DNA of 64,000 bases from Camelus dromedarius (Eukaryota), in assembly GCF_036321535.1 (NCBI RefSeq), contig NC_087438.1, positions 2,978,001 through 3,042,000 of the forward strand, given 5' to 3'. The notes below the pieces were generated by a model that had not been told where the DNA came from, searched no databases, and was given only the letters and a program-made list of their open reading frames with translations. Every line of letters begins with the position of its first letter. Within the stretch, counting starts at the first letter, position 1. This document shows, piece by piece, positions 63,681 through 64,000 of this stretch. A program made the translations under genes and the position numbers.

Positions 63681-63821
63681 GAGTGTGATTAGATTTTACT
63701 ACTAAGACTGCTACCAGCACCGCGGTAGTGCTAACATAACTACCAGATGTAGGAGGGAAAATCCTGCAGCTGCCGCCACTACTAGGCCCAGTACCGCCGA
63801 AGTGCTTCCTTCCGTGGCAGG

Positions 63822-63997
63822 TGGGGCTGGCTTCTTTGCTGGGCATCCTGGGCAGTTACACAAGGCCCTGCACTCAGAAGGGGCCTACACTTTATTTAAT
63901 GCTTTGCTTTGACATCTTGAAAGTCTTAATTTTTGAAAACAAATAGTCCCATGTTTTCACGTTGCAATGAACCCCGCATCTTATGTAGCTGTTCTTG
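63822..63997 (+). mobile_element. MER91A-like non-autonomous hAT DNA transposon
   Basis: ggggctggcttc..gcagttacacaaggccctgcactcagaaggggcc..tttaatgctttgct..catcttgaaagtcttaatttttgaa..ttatgtagctg follows the recalled MER91A consensus along its length. Confidence 0.8.
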
Positions 63998-64000
63998 TTG

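Noticed and set aside
1..64000. CRISPR arrays, tRNA, rRNA, known miRNA or snoRNA, prokaryotic-type systems
   Set aside because: No regularly spaced repeat-spacer array, operon-like ORFs or recognisable structured RNA gene was seen. An Infernal/Rfam scan would be needed to exclude small RNAs formally.

Overview
Mammalian genomic DNA with no protein-coding exon I can recognise. A camelid origin is inferred from the form of the young L1 3' UTRs and the apparent absence of Alu, B1/B2, BovA/Bov-tA, PRE1 and CAN SINEs. Interspersed repeats fill much of the window: old and young L1 fragments, L2, MIR, MaLR/MLT1 solo LTRs, a degraded ERVL pol relic and a MER91A. They are dense at about 1.9-10.7 kb and 50-64 kb. 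A repeat-poor block at about 11-23 kb holds a 1.8 kb CpG island with a strong splice donor, a second GC-rich island and several enhancer-like motif clusters. This fits the 5' non-coding region of a long gene or a lncRNA locus. I found no convincing novel biological system. The best-supported oddities are retrotransposition scars: an L1 with a fold-back 5' inversion, a tail-less L1 with a 23-bp duplication, and an internal inversion in an ancient L1. Repeat family names come from recalled consensus sequences, not from a search, and repeat boundaries are approximate.
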